A stretch of DNA of 35,034 bases from Candidatus Omnitrophota bacterium (GTDB taxonomy: Bacteria; Omnitrophota; Gorgyraeia; JAGLLT01), in the NCBI GenBank assembly GCA_023140385.1, contig JAGLLT010000013.1:1-35034 (forward strand), read 5' to 3'. Each line of letters begins with the position of its first letter. Position 1 is the first letter of the stretch. The position numbers and the translations under genes were made by a program. The notes below the pieces were generated by a model. That model searched no databases, was not told where the DNA came from, and worked only from the letters and a program-made list of their open reading frames with translations. This document shows, one piece after another, positions 16,874 through 27,309 of this stretch.

Positions 16874-19537
16874 TCATTTTATTCCCGGATAATTGACATA
16901 AATCGGTACATACTTGCCGCAAAAATCACCAATTTTTACAGGGCCGCCTACAATTCCTCCTCCACCTCCATTATCAAAAACCCGGAGAGCAATAACATTA
17001 TCGTCATCAGCTTTAATTAACTCTTTTGGTATCGGATATGATCTATTCCGGCCAAAAGCCGTTTCATAGTCCGGAGGCAATGTTCCGGAACTATTAACCT
17101 TTTGCCCGTTAAAGTATAATTCATCGCAGTCATCAACGTTTTCTATATATAAAGTAATCTTCTTTTTAATCCATTCCCCGGGAATAGAAACATGCTTGCG
17201 ATACCACGCAAAACCATCATATTCTCCATGTCCCTGCTCCTCCCAATTTCCAGGAACCCTGATCTTCCCCCAATCCTTTTCGCTTATATCAACCTTGCAG
17301 TATGAAGGATCGTCCCCTTTTTTAAAAAGCCAATCGCCTGATAAATCTTTCACAAATTTATCTTTCTTCCCTACTCTATAAACAAATCTATTGGTTGAAA
17401 GAATTTTTCCATCAGCGTTTTTTAACTGCGCGGATAACTTAAAAATATCCTCCGGTTTTGAATCGGAAGGAATAATAAAAAAAAGATCTTTTATTTTTTT
17501 TGAGGAATCCTCTTCCAGGTTTATTTTCATCTCATCATCTAAATAAGATATTTTATCTTTACCATCCTTTATTTTATAAGAAAGAGTGCAATCATTGATT
17601 GGGTACATATAATCATTAACGCACCAAAGAGAAATTTCAGCTTTATCCCCCGGTTCAAAAAAACGCTCCTCCCACCTAATGCTCAATAATACAGGCGACA
17701 TAGCTTCTTTCAAAGCATAATAAGCGGGTTTTGGTTGACGGTAATAATCTACTATCGCCCATGTAATTGACGGCCAGCAATCTACAAACATAAACTGATA
17801 TAATCCTCCGCATGGATTATATTTCGTTCGCCTGAAGTGTTCCGTCGCGAATTTAAGTAAATCATATTGATATATAAGGCTTGTTTTCGCGAATTCTTCG
17901 GCGGAATCATACAATAAGTAACTGCCAATCCATTTTTCCTGATTACTTAACTGAAAATTGTGATACTTCCATATATCTTTTTTTAGGGGCCACTGCGCGG
18001 ACTGCGGAATAAATCTTTTATACGACAGCGGTACTCCCTGCGCGCCATATTCGCCCACAAATTTTTTACTGCTGCTTAAATAATCTTTAAGTTTTTCTCC
18101 GTACCATCCATGGTATATATGGCTGTCCCAACTGGAAGAATTTTTATTAAAAGCCCTCTGCTTGTCTATATTACGGCCTGCGAGATAAATAAAATCATTT
18201 AATCTTTTGTTACTGTCCCCTTCATTGCTGATACACCATAACCAGATACTCGGATGGTTATAATACTTCCTGATGTACTCTTTAAACTGTCTGCGGGCCT
18301 CTTTTATAAAATCACCATCTTTCACATAACCCCATATAAGCGGGAAGTCCGCCCAAACCAGCATCCCTTTTTCATCACAAACCGTGTAAAATTCCTGAGG
18401 CAAAACGTGGGCATGAACTCTAACAGAATTTAGATTGGCATCCATCATCATTTGAACGTCTTTTTCAAACTTTCTCTTATTAAAGGTGGATAGCCACTGA
18501 GTCGCGATATAATTTGTACCTCGTTGAAACATGCGCTTGCCATTTAAATAAAAAAATCTCTTATCGGTGTCGAATTTTATTTTCCTGACTCCAAAAGTAA
18601 TATCTCTGGTATCACTTACAGAGTTATCCAACGCGACAGATATCGAGGCGTTATACAGATTGGGTTTACCATGATCCCACGTCCACCAGAGTTTAGGATT
18701 TTTTATAGAAATGGAGAAATCTACTTTAGACTCGCCCGGTTGGATAAGAAATGATTTATTAACATTTATTGCATCTATCAAAAAATTCTTTCCACCGATA
18801 CGGATTTTAAAATTTACTTCCTTTTCTAAGGGCGTGTAATTCTCAACTTCAAAGTCAAAACAAACTTCCGCGTCCGAAAAATTCTCGTTAAGTTTAGTTT
18901 CGACAAGTACATTTTGGAAACAAATCCAGCCGGTATTTACTAATTTAACATTATTCCATATGCCGCCGGTATTTCCATCCTGTTCGGGAGGCCGGCAATC
19001 ATGATGGACAAAAATACCTTTAACCAGTTTTTTTGTCCAGAACCCGTCCTCTTTTGGACTATCTACACAAACTACCAGAACATTAGTTGAATCCGGATTT
19101 AAATACTGTTTAACATTAAAATCAAAGGGGATAAAATAGCCCTCATGTTTTCCCAGATAATGGCCGTTTAGCCATACACTGGCAAAGTAATCTACTCCTT
19201 CAAATTCAAGATGGATTACTCTGGCATTAAAAAAATCTTTATCCACCTCGAACTCACAGCTAAACCAAACCTTACCCGCGTAAGAAAACATTTCCGGATT
19301 TTCCACTGCCCAATTACCGGGAATTTTCATCTTTTCCCAATTAGAATAATCCATTCCATGCTTAAAATACCCATTCTCTACACCAATATCTTCCGGATCC
19401 GAAATGTATGCCCAGATTCCATTCAGAGATATCTCTTTTGCACTCTCTGCTCCTGCTGGTACAAAAAAACAGCAAAGTGAAAGAAATACAAGCACTGACA
19501 TCAAAAAAGATTTACTTATTTTTGTCTTTATTGCCAT
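16874..19537 (-). CDS. Secreted glycoside hydrolase family 2 (beta-mannosidase-like) with an extra C-terminal galactose-binding-like domain
   Basis: Signal peptide (..VPAGA), FEGVDYFASVWLNG, LWWTWDHGKPNLY, RGTNY, RVHAHV, HPSI..WCISNE, GEYG, and C-terminal DLSGDW..YDGFAWYRK..VDDCDELYFNG. ATG 19537 is preceded by GGAGG. Confidence 0.88.
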   Translation of the reverse strand: MAIKTKISKSFLMSVLVFLSLCCFFVPAGAESAKEISLNGIWAYISDPEDIGVENGYFKHGMDYSNWEKMKIPGNWAVENPEMFSYAGKVWFSCEFEVDKDFFNARVIHLEFEGVDYFASVWLNGHYLGKHEGYFIPFDFNVKQYLNPDSTNVLVVCVDSPKEDGFWTKKLVKGIFVHHDCRPPEQDGNTGGIWNNVKLVNTGWICFQNVLVETKLNENFSDAEVCFDFEVENYTPLEKEVNFKIRIGGKNFLIDAINVNKSFLIQPGESKVDFSISIKNPKLWWTWDHGKPNLYNASISVALDNSVSDTRDITFGVRKIKFDTDKRFFYLNGKRMFQRGTNYIATQWLSTFNKRKFEKDVQMMMDANLNSVRVHAHVLPQEFYTVCDEKGMLVWADFPLIWGYVKDGDFIKEARRQFKEYIRKYYNHPSIWLWCISNEGDSNKRLNDFIYLAGRNIDKQRAFNKNSSSWDSHIYHGWYGEKLKDYLSSSKKFVGEYGAQGVPLSYKRFIPQSAQWPLKKDIWKYHNFQLSNQEKWIGSYLLYDSAEEFAKTSLIYQYDLLKFATEHFRRTKYNPCGGLYQFMFVDCWPSITWAIVDYYRQPKPAYYALKEAMSPVLLSIRWEERFFEPGDKAEISLWCVNDYMYPINDCTLSYKIKDGKDKISYLDDEMKINLEEDSSKKIKDLFFIIPSDSKPEDIFKLSAQLKNADGKILSTNRFVYRVGKKDKFVKDLSGDWLFKKGDDPSYCKVDISEKDWGKIRVPGNWEEQGHGEYDGFAWYRKHVSIPGEWIKKKITLYIENVDDCDELYFNGQKVNSSGTLPPDYETAFGRNRSYPIPKELIKADDDNVIALRVFDNGGGGGIVGGPVKIGDFCGKYVPIYVNYPGIK

Positions 19538-19616
19538 TTTAACCTCCACGTTATATTTAACAAAGTAAGGGGTCAAGTCTTAACTTTTAACTTAAGCATC
19601 TCTTCCAGTTCAGTTG

Positions 19617-20942
19617 TCAATCCCCAAAGTCGCGGTTAATGCCTTGCTTTGACTTACAGAAGACCTCAATTAAATCAATGGTTTTCTTAGCCGCTCCCCT
19701 TGACTGCTCTAAAAACGCCAGGGCGTTTTTACCTAACTCTTCTCTTTTTTTCGGGTGAGAGAGTAGAAAAAACGACTTATCAAATAGATCCTCTTCATCT
19801 TTTACCATCAAAGCCGCCTCTTTTTGCAATAAACCCTCCGCTAAATTATGAAAATTATCGGTATGGGGTCCAAACATAAGCGCTTTTGAAAATGAGGCCG
19901 GCTCTATCATATTTTGCCCGCCCCTTTTGGCAAGGCTGCCTCCGACAAATACTATATCAGCCCGGCTATAGGCCGCCTTTAATCTACCCATAAGATTAAG
20001 AATGATTACCTCCCGCCCTGCCTGCCGGGATAAAACCTTTTTTCCTTCAATTAAATCAGAATATCTAACAGGCTTTAAATTCATCCCGCGCGCCTCATTT
20101 TCTATTTTGTCCACTCTTCTGATATGCCTGGGCACCACCACCATCTTTAAATCAGGGTAATGCTTTAAAAGCCTGCCGTAAACCGAAAAGAGCGCCTTTT
20201 CTTCAGGATAATGGGTGCTTCCGGCAATAAAAACTTTGTCTTTTTCACTTAGTTTTATTATAGAAGCAAACTCATCAGCCTGTTTATACAGGGCTTCTTT
20301 CTCCTGCCCGATATCAAACTTTAAATTACCGGTAACTTTGACCGTTTCTTCGCGGGCTCCCAAAGATTTAATTTTTGAGGCATCACTTTTTGTCTGCATA
20401 CAGAATAAGCCTACATTCTTCAAAAGAGGTTCGATAAAAGGCTTGAGCAGATTGTAACCTCTAAAGGACGAGGCTGATATCCGGCCGTTTACCAGCGCGA
20501 CCGGTATCCCTTCTTTATGAAACCGTAAAATTAAATTGGGCCAGATTTCCGTTTCAATTATGATAAAAAGGGAAGGGTTTAGGCGGCGGATAACCTTTTT
20601 AACTATAGAGCTGACATCGAAGGGCAGATAAATAACTGTACAATCATCACCGGCTATCCTTTTAGCCGCTTGATTACCCGTCTCGGTAATGGTAGATATG
20701 ACAAAATGTTTCCGCGGATACTTTTGCCTTAAAACCTCTATTAAGGGCTGAGCGCTGTTTGCTTCTCCAACGCTGACGGCGTGAATCCAGATAATGTCCC
20801 TGCCTTTAAGACGGTTGAAGATCTCTTTAGGCATAATGCCCAGGCGCATACAAAAACCTTTATGATACTTCCCGCTGAAGAAAAAAACCGGCAGGTAGTA
20901 CAGGAGGCAAATTACAAAAAAAATATCATATATAAATAACAT
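19617..20942 (-). CDS. waaA: 3-deoxy-D-manno-octulosonic acid (Kdo) transferase
   Basis: IWIHAVSVGE, LPFD, ETEIWPN, NGRIS, TGNLKFD, AGSTH, VPRH and FVGGSL..GGQN.IEP motifs. Confidence 0.95.
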   Translation of the reverse strand: MLFIYDIFFVICLLYYLPVFFFSGKYHKGFCMRLGIMPKEIFNRLKGRDIIWIHAVSVGEANSAQPLIEVLRQKYPRKHFVISTITETGNQAAKRIAGDDCTVIYLPFDVSSIVKKVIRRLNPSLFIIIETEIWPNLILRFHKEGIPVALVNGRISASSFRGYNLLKPFIEPLLKNVGLFCMQTKSDASKIKSLGAREETVKVTGNLKFDIGQEKEALYKQADEFASIIKLSEKDKVFIAGSTHYPEEKALFSVYGRLLKHYPDLKMVVVPRHIRRVDKIENEARGMNLKPVRYSDLIEGKKVLSRQAGREVIILNLMGRLKAAYSRADIVFVGGSLAKRGGQNMIEPASFSKALMFGPHTDNFHNLAEGLLQKEAALMVKDEEDLFDKSFFLLSHPKKREELGKNALAFLEQSRGAAKKTIDLIEVFCKSKQGINRDFGD

Positions 20943-20958
20943 ATTTTCTTCACCAATG

Positions 20959-21831
20959 TCAGGCCCGGGGGTGAGCTTTGTCGTAAACCTCTTTTAGCCT
21001 CTGGGGTGTAATGTGCGTATAAATCTGGGTAGTAGCTAAATTGGCGTGCCCCAGCAGTTCCTGGACGGCCCGCAAATCCGCTCCCCGGTCTAAAAGGTGT
21101 GTGGCAAATGAATGCCTCAGCGTATGAGGCGAAATACCCCTTTTATCACTGGTAATTTTGATATACTTTTCAACTATCCGCCGGATAGTCCTGGGGTTTA
21201 TTCGTTTTTTTCTTTTATTTAAAAACACAACCCTTGCCGACTCCTCGGGAGATAACTTTCTTTTATCAAGGTAGTTTCTGATTGACTTAAGCGCCTTATC
21301 TCCTATGGGCACAAGCCTCTCTTTTTTTCCTTTGCCCCTGACCTTCACTACACCGCTGATAAAATCTATGTTTTCCGCGTTCAAAGAGGTTAATTCACTC
21401 ACGCGTATTCCTGTAGAGTAAAGGGTCTCAAGTATGGCTCTATCTCTCAGTCCCGTTTCACTATTAACCGGAGGAGATTCTATAAGTTTTACAACTTCCT
21501 GAATGGTTAAAAATAAGGGTAATTTTTTTTCCTGTCTCGGCGTTGACAGGCTGAGGGCCGGATTTGTTTCCAGATAACCTTCGCGTACGCAAAATCTGAA
21601 AAAGGAACGAAGGGTAGCCAACTTTCTGGCAACTGAGGATTTAGCATACTCCTTCTTCTTTAAATAGGCCAGCCAGGTTCTCAGCTTAAGGTGAGTAATT
21701 TTGTCTATTTGAATATCGCCGATAAATCCGAAAAACTCCTTCAGGTCAACCTCATAATTTATCAGCGTATGTATAGACGCGTTTTTCTCAATTCTTAAGT
21801 AATTGATAAATTTACTGGCAAATCTTCGCAT
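20959..21831 (-). CDS. xerC: Tyrosine recombinase XerC
   Basis: RDRAILETLYSTGIRVSEL, GKGKKER, SPHTLRHSFATHLL and LGHANLATTQIYTH motifs; dprA-topA-xerC synteny. ATG 21831 chosen over TTG 21840. Confidence 0.88.
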   Translation of the reverse strand: MRRFASKFINYLRIEKNASIHTLINYEVDLKEFFGFIGDIQIDKITHLKLRTWLAYLKKKEYAKSSVARKLATLRSFFRFCVREGYLETNPALSLSTPRQEKKLPLFLTIQEVVKLIESPPVNSETGLRDRAILETLYSTGIRVSELTSLNAENIDFISGVVKVRGKGKKERLVPIGDKALKSIRNYLDKRKLSPEESARVVFLNKRKKRINPRTIRRIVEKYIKITSDKRGISPHTLRHSFATHLLDRGADLRAVQELLGHANLATTQIYTHITPQRLKEVYDKAHPRA

Positions 21832-21840
21832 TATAAACAA

Positions 21841-23805
21841 TTACTCTTCAGGCAGTTTATTGGTAATAAATTTACACTCGGGATATTTGATACAGCCGTA
21901 AAAAACTCTGCCTCTTTTAGAACGCCTCATAACCAACATCCCGTCACAGCCTTCATTGGGGCACTTTATTCCGGTATCAATAGACTTCGCGTTCTTACAC
22001 TCCGGAAAACCCGAACAGCTTAAAAACTTTCCGTATCTTGACCATTTTATAACCATCGGCTTGCCGCACTTTTCGCAAACCTTATCAGTCATAATGACCT
22101 CTTTCTTGACATCGCGCATCTTAATCTTTGCCGCTTCCAGTTCTTTGACAAAGGGCTCATAAAATCCCTTCAAAAGCTCCTGCCAGCCAAGCGCCCCCTG
22201 CTCTACTTTATCAAGCTCCTCTTCCATTTTAGCTGTAAACTTGATATCCAGAACGTCGGGGAAGCTGTCTATCAGCAGGTCATTGACTACTATTCCCAAC
22301 TCGGATGGTACAAGAGAGCGGTTTTCTCTCCTGATGTAGTCTCTAAAGATTATCGTGCGAATCGTCGGAGCGTAAGTCGAAGGCCGGCCAATACCCTCCT
22401 CCTCCAAAATCTTAATCAGGCTGGCATCGGTAAAGCGGGGAGGCGGTTGAGTAAAGTGCTGTGACGGCATAAGCTTTAAAAGAACCAGCTCCTCTCCTTT
22501 TATAAATGCCGGAAGCTCAACCTTTTTTTCATCCCCCTCTTCTTCAAATACTATTGTAAAACCCTTAAAAATAACCTTTGAACCGGAGGCCTTAAATAAA
22601 CAGTCTCCCGCCGTTATTGAAATACTGGTCACGGAAACTTCCGCTTCCTTCATGCAGGAGGCCGTAAACTGCTGCCAGATTATCTTGTATAGTTCGTACT
22701 GCTCCTTACTCAGGTAGTCCTTTACGCTCTCGGGGGTACGCTTTACAGAAGTGGGCCTGATAGCCTCATGGCCCCCCTGAGCCGACTTTTTTGACTTATA
22801 TCTTCTCATCTCAGCCGGTAAATACTCCCCGCCGAATTTATCAAGGATAAAATCACGGGCCTCTTTTTGAGCTACATCCGCGACAGAAACGGAATCGGTT
22901 CTCATATAAGTAATCAATCCTACGCTGCCCTCCCCCGCTATGTCAAGGCCTTCATAAAGCTGTTGAGCTATAATCATCGTCCTGGAAGCGGTAAATCTTA
23001 ACTTATTAAAGGCGGCCTGCTGAAGGGAGCTGGTAATAAAGGGCGGCTTGGGGTGTCTTTTTTGAGCCCTCTTTTTTACATCACTAACAGAAAAGGTTTT
23101 TTCTTCAAGGTTTGAACAAATTTCTTTTGCTTCTTCTTCAGTCTTAATTTCCGCCTTCTCACCTTTTATTTTCTCAAGTTTAGCCTTAAATTCAGAAGCC
23201 TCAGATTCCCGCTTTTTTAAATCCGCCTCAATTTCCCAGTATTCTTTTTTAGTAAACGCCTGAATTTCTCTTTCTCTTTTTACAATAATTCTTAAAGCTA
23301 CCGACTGCACCCGCCCCGCGCTCAAACCTCTTCCAACCTTTTTCCAGAGGAGAGGGCTTAATTCATAGCCGACAAGGCGGTCTAATATTCTTCTTGCCTG
23401 CTGGGCGTTTACCTTATTCATATCTATCTCGCGGGAATTCTTAAAGGCGCGGACAATTACATCCTTGGTTAACTCATTAAAAACAACTCTTTTAACAACG
23501 GCCTTCTTTTGCATTATCTCCGCGATATGCCAGGCAATAGCTTCCCCTTCTCTATCCGGGTCACAGGCAAGATATAGAACCTCTTTGCCCTTAACCGCCT
23601 TTTTTAAAGAAGAAACAACCTTCTTTTTTCTGGTAATTATTATATACTGCGGTTCAAAGTTTTTTTCAGTGTCAACGCCCATTTTGCTTTTAGGAAGATC
23701 CCGTATGTGCCCCCCGCAAGCATCAACCTCATAATCTCCGCTTAAAAATTTACTGATGGTCTTTACTTTAGTGGGTGACTCCACTATAACCAAATATTTA
23801 CTCAA
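21841..23805 (-). CDS. topA: DNA topoisomerase I
   Basis: LVIVESP, DPDREGEAI, SAGRVQS, ITYMRTDS, HEAIRPT, GIGRPSTY and two C-terminal Zn ribbons. TTG 23805 is preceded by AAGGAG at 6 nt. Confidence 0.96.
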   Translation of the reverse strand: MSKYLVIVESPTKVKTISKFLSGDYEVDACGGHIRDLPKSKMGVDTEKNFEPQYIIITRKKKVVSSLKKAVKGKEVLYLACDPDREGEAIAWHIAEIMQKKAVVKRVVFNELTKDVIVRAFKNSREIDMNKVNAQQARRILDRLVGYELSPLLWKKVGRGLSAGRVQSVALRIIVKREREIQAFTKKEYWEIEADLKKRESEASEFKAKLEKIKGEKAEIKTEEEAKEICSNLEEKTFSVSDVKKRAQKRHPKPPFITSSLQQAAFNKLRFTASRTMIIAQQLYEGLDIAGEGSVGLITYMRTDSVSVADVAQKEARDFILDKFGGEYLPAEMRRYKSKKSAQGGHEAIRPTSVKRTPESVKDYLSKEQYELYKIIWQQFTASCMKEAEVSVTSISITAGDCLFKASGSKVIFKGFTIVFEEEGDEKKVELPAFIKGEELVLLKLMPSQHFTQPPPRFTDASLIKILEEEGIGRPSTYAPTIRTIIFRDYIRRENRSLVPSELGIVVNDLLIDSFPDVLDIKFTAKMEEELDKVEQGALGWQELLKGFYEPFVKELEAAKIKMRDVKKEVIMTDKVCEKCGKPMVIKWSRYGKFLSCSGFPECKNAKSIDTGIKCPNEGCDGMLVMRRSKRGRVFYGCIKYPECKFITNKLPEE

Positions 23806-23834
23806 CTTATTCTCCTTCAATAAATGTATATCCC

Positions 23835-24767
23835 CTAATTACCGCTTTCTTTTGAGGCCGTCTCTCTTTGAACGGAACACTCAAGATACTCCTTAAGCAA
23901 AGGTTTGAATTCATTAATAATATCTTCCGCGTTCTCAACCAATGCCGCTCCCTGCCTGATTAAATGATTTGTGCCTTCGGAATTCAAATAACCGGCGTTG
24001 CCGGGAATAGCAAAAACTTCCCGCCCCTGCTCCAGGGCGCAGTCTGCCGTAATTAAAGAACCGCTGCGTTTTCTTGCCTCAACAACAACCACACCTAAAG
24101 AAAGTCCGCTGATTATCCTGTTTCTTTTGGGAAAGTTCTGAGGATAGGGCGGCGCGAATAACGGAAGTTCGGAAATAACCGCTCCGCTGGCGGCAATCTC
24201 TTCGCAAAGAGAGAGATTTTCGGGCGGATACATCCTAGCTAAACCGCTGCCTAAAACTCCGATGGTGCGGCCCCCTGCCTTTAACGCCCCTCTATGAGAA
24301 GCTGTATCAATACCTCTTGCCAGGCCCGATACCACGCTTATTTTATACCGCGCCAAATCCGCGCTGAGCCTTTCTGTAATTTGCCGGCCGTAAGCCGAAG
24401 ACTTCCTTGAGCCTACCACGGCAATGGAAACGGCGTCACTTTTTATTATACCGCCTTTTATATAGAGTAAAGCCGGCGGGTCGTATATCTTCTTAAGATT
24501 AAGCGGGTACTCTTCATCCCCAATGACTAAAAGGCGAATCTTTTCTTTTTCTATACAGGCCAACTCTTTTTTGAGCTCTTTTGAGGCGATAATCCGCCTT
24601 ATCGCGAAGCAATGTTTGTCGTTGATACCGGCCCTGTGTTTTAATTCTGAGGCCGGCGCCTTAAAAATTTTAGCCGGGTCAGAAAACACTTCAAGCAGCC
24701 TCTTTATCTGGAGGCTGCCTAAACCGTCAACCATATTAAGCGCTACTATATACTCTTTGTCCGGCAT
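23835..24767 (-). CDS. dprA: DNA-processing protein DprA
   Basis: YP..LK.IYDPP.LLY, AVVGSR, VSGLARGID, FPKRNRIISGLS and SGSLITA motifs. Confidence 0.95.
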   Translation of the reverse strand: MPDKEYIVALNMVDGLGSLQIKRLLEVFSDPAKIFKAPASELKHRAGINDKHCFAIRRIIASKELKKELACIEKEKIRLLVIGDEEYPLNLKKIYDPPALLYIKGGIIKSDAVSIAVVGSRKSSAYGRQITERLSADLARYKISVVSGLARGIDTASHRGALKAGGRTIGVLGSGLARMYPPENLSLCEEIAASGAVISELPLFAPPYPQNFPKRNRIISGLSLGVVVVEARKRSGSLITADCALEQGREVFAIPGNAGYLNSEGTNHLIRQGAALVENAEDIINEFKPLLKEYLECSVQRETASKESGN

Positions 24768-25285
24768 TAGCCCCCTGTTGATACTTTATTTTTTGTCAAA
24801 CTTACAATCTTTTCCGCGGCTTCTTCAATACTCAAAGAAGAGGTGTTAATGCTAAAATCAGCCTTTTGATAAAAGGGGCGCCTCAAAGCAAGCAGTTCTC
24901 TAATTCTCCCTTCGGGATTCTCTACCCTTAAAAGCGGCCTGTGCGTCTGACGCCTGACGCGTTCATAAATAACCTCAGGTGAAGCATTGAGACAGATAAC
25001 TATCCCTGAGCTCTTTAAGCGGCTGATATTTTCCTCATCCAAAACTACACCGCCTCCGCAGGAAACAACCTGGTTATTCCCGCCGGAAACCTCCAGGACT
25101 ACACCCTTCTCAACTTTTCTAAAATAAGCCTCTCCTTTTTCTTTAAATATTTCATTAATAGTTTTGTTTTCTTTCTTTTCGATGACTTCATCCATCTCAA
25201 CAAAGGCCATACTGAATTTTCGCGCGACTTTTTTAGCGGCGGCTGTCTTGCCCGTTCCCATAAATCCAACTAAATATATATTCAT
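24767..25285 (-). CDS. aroK: Shikimate kinase
   Basis: GFMGTGKT P-loop, GEAYFR, SCGGG and RPLL motifs. Confidence 0.95.
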   Translation of the reverse strand: MNIYLVGFMGTGKTAAAKKVARKFSMAFVEMDEVIEKKENKTINEIFKEKGEAYFRKVEKGVVLEVSGGNNQVVSCGGGVVLDEENISRLKSSGIVICLNASPEVIYERVRRQTHRPLLRVENPEGRIRELLALRRPFYQKADFSINTSSLSIEEAAEKIVSLTKNKVSTGG

Positions 25286-25320
25286 CCCACCCTCTCTAAG
25301 TCATTTTCAACGGGATTCAT

Positions 25321-26448
25321 CTAAAACTTTTTAATCTGCCCGATATAGCCCTTAAAGTTTCTTTTTAACTCATCCATTGAGTCCCCGCCAAACTTATCGA
25401 GATAGCCCTTTACCAGTTCAAAGCTAACGGCTGATTCAGCTACAATTGCCGCCGCGGGTACAGCTGTAGTATCAGAGCGTTCCACCTGCGCCCTAAAAGG
25501 CTTCTTGCTGTTTATATCAACAGAAGCCAGCGGCTCCATTAAAGTAGGTATGGGTTTCATAGCGCACCTGACAACAATAGGTTCACCGTTACTCATCCCC
25601 CCTTCAATGCCGCCCGCGTTATTTGTCTTATGATAAAAGCCCTTAGTCTTTTGGTAGTAAATTTCGTCATGGACATCAGAACCTGCTCTTTGGGCCGCGT
25701 CAAAACCCAGGCCAATTTCAACTCCCTTAATCGCCTGAATTGACATAAGGGCCAGCGCCAGCCGTCCATCTAACTTTCTGTCATAATGAACATGTGAACC
25801 TATGCCGGCCGGAACGCCCTTTGCCATTATCTCAAAAGTGCCCCCCAGCGTATCTTTTTCCCCTTTAATTTTGTCTATTTCCCGCCTCATTAATTTTTCA
25901 GCCGTTTTATCGGCGCACCGCAAGGATGATTTATCCGCTCTTTTCTTTATCTCGCTAAAAGCTAAGTCTTTTGTATCGGCTTCAACCCCCCCGATACTTA
26001 CCACATGAGATAAAATATCAACACCGAATTCATTAAGAAAGAGTTTACAAACAGCTCCAACCGCCACTCTAACAGCCGTCTCTCTGGCTGACGACCTTTC
26101 CAGTATATTTCTTATATCCTTCTGATTATACTTTAACGCCCCGGCCAGATCAGCGTGCCCCGGACGCGGCTTACTAATCTCTCCCAGGACATCAATCTTA
26201 TAGTCCCTATTTTTTATCCTCATCGCTATGGGGCTGCCCAGAGTTACATTCTTCCTTACGCCCGATAAAAACTCTATCTTGTCATCTTCAATCCCTTTTG
26301 ACCTTGGGCCTCTGCCATAACCGGAAAGCCTTTTTTTTAACTCTTGATTAATAAATTCAATACTTAAGGGCAAGCCCGCGGGCATCGCCTCCAGTATAAC
26401 TATCAAACACTTGCCGTGCGATTCACCGGCGCTTAAATATCTCAACAT
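25321..26448 (-). CDS. aroC: Chorismate synthase
   Basis: AGESHG, PRPGHAD, ERSSARETA, NNAGGIEGGMSNG, KPIPT and ERSD motifs. Confidence 0.97.
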   Translation of the reverse strand: MLRYLSAGESHGKCLIVILEAMPAGLPLSIEFINQELKKRLSGYGRGPRSKGIEDDKIEFLSGVRKNVTLGSPIAMRIKNRDYKIDVLGEISKPRPGHADLAGALKYNQKDIRNILERSSARETAVRVAVGAVCKLFLNEFGVDILSHVVSIGGVEADTKDLAFSEIKKRADKSSLRCADKTAEKLMRREIDKIKGEKDTLGGTFEIMAKGVPAGIGSHVHYDRKLDGRLALALMSIQAIKGVEIGLGFDAAQRAGSDVHDEIYYQKTKGFYHKTNNAGGIEGGMSNGEPIVVRCAMKPIPTLMEPLASVDINSKKPFRAQVERSDTTAVPAAAIVAESAVSFELVKGYLDKFGGDSMDELKRNFKGYIGQIKKF

Positions 26449-26460
26449 AATATAACCTCC

Positions 26461-27309
26461 TTAAAAACTGAACCAATCAATAATATATCCGCCCCAGAAA
26501 ATAACGATGAAAGCGGCCAATGATAGAAAGGGCCCGTAAGGAATAATATCTTCCTTGGTTTTGATTTTTACTATTATACCCACAATAGCGCCAAATACGG
26601 GAGCAATAAAAAAAATAAAAAGCATGGGAATAAAGCCCAAAAAAGCTCCCATCATAGCCATCAGCTTTACGTCTCCCCCCCCCATACTCTCTTTTCGAAA
26701 AACGATATTTCCCAGCACCCCTATCAAATATATACTGCCTCCTCCAGCTAAAATACCCAGCAAAGAACTAACTCCCGAATAAAAGCGGGGAGAAGCCAAA
26801 AAATCATTAGGCCATAAACGAAATAAGGCCTCCAATGAAATAGTCGCCAGGGAAGGAAGGCCGGAGATCGCAGACTGCAGCGGCGGATATAGAAGACTCA
26901 AAATAAAACCGATAATGAGGCCGTAGACACTAATCTCATCCGGAATAATCTTATATTTTAGGTCAATAAAGCTGGCGGCTAAAAGCCCCGAGCCAAGCAA
27001 ACAATAAATCGCGGCTACTGCTATATCCTTGATAAAAAACGTATAAAAGGACAAAAACATAACAGCTGTAATAAGCTCAACCAGAAAATACTGAAAGGGT
27101 ATTCTCCCTTTGCAAAACCGGCACCGGCCCCTTAACATAAGATAGCTTAAAAGCGGGATATTGTCATACCAGAAGATCGGTTTTGCGCATTGGGGGCAAT
27201 GAGAGGAGGGTTCAATAAGAGACTTCTCTATCGGAAGACGATAGATGCAGACATTTAAAAAACTACCGATAAGTGAACCTAAGGTGAATACGAAAATTTT
27301 TATAATCAT
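26461..27309 (-). CDS. pilD: Prepilin peptidase / N-methyltransferase (A24A)
   Basis: GSFLNVCIYRLP, SHCPQC..WYDNIP..GRCRFC, FID..IIPD, MGGGDVKL and IPYGPFL motifs. Confidence 0.93.
   Translation of the reverse strand: MIIKIFVFTLGSLIGSFLNVCIYRLPIEKSLIEPSSHCPQCAKPIFWYDNIPLLSYLMLRGRCRFCKGRIPFQYFLVELITAVMFLSFYTFFIKDIAVAAIYCLLGSGLLAASFIDLKYKIIPDEISVYGLIIGFILSLLYPPLQSAISGLPSLATISLEALFRLWPNDFLASPRFYSGVSSLLGILAGGGSIYLIGVLGNIVFRKESMGGGDVKLMAMMGAFLGFIPMLFIFFIAPVFGAIVGIIVKIKTKEDIIPYGPFLSLAAFIVIFWGGYIIDWFSF

Noticed and set aside
19545..19580. Promoter for the GH2 pair (TTGACC..TATAAC/TAACGT)
   Set aside because: Spacing is 15 nt for TATAAC, or the start site would fall inside the SD for TAACGT; not well enough supported.
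20959..21831. Tyrosine recombinase as a phage or island integrase
   Set aside because: Size and dprA-topA-xerC context fit housekeeping XerC; no att-like repeats or mobile cargo nearby.
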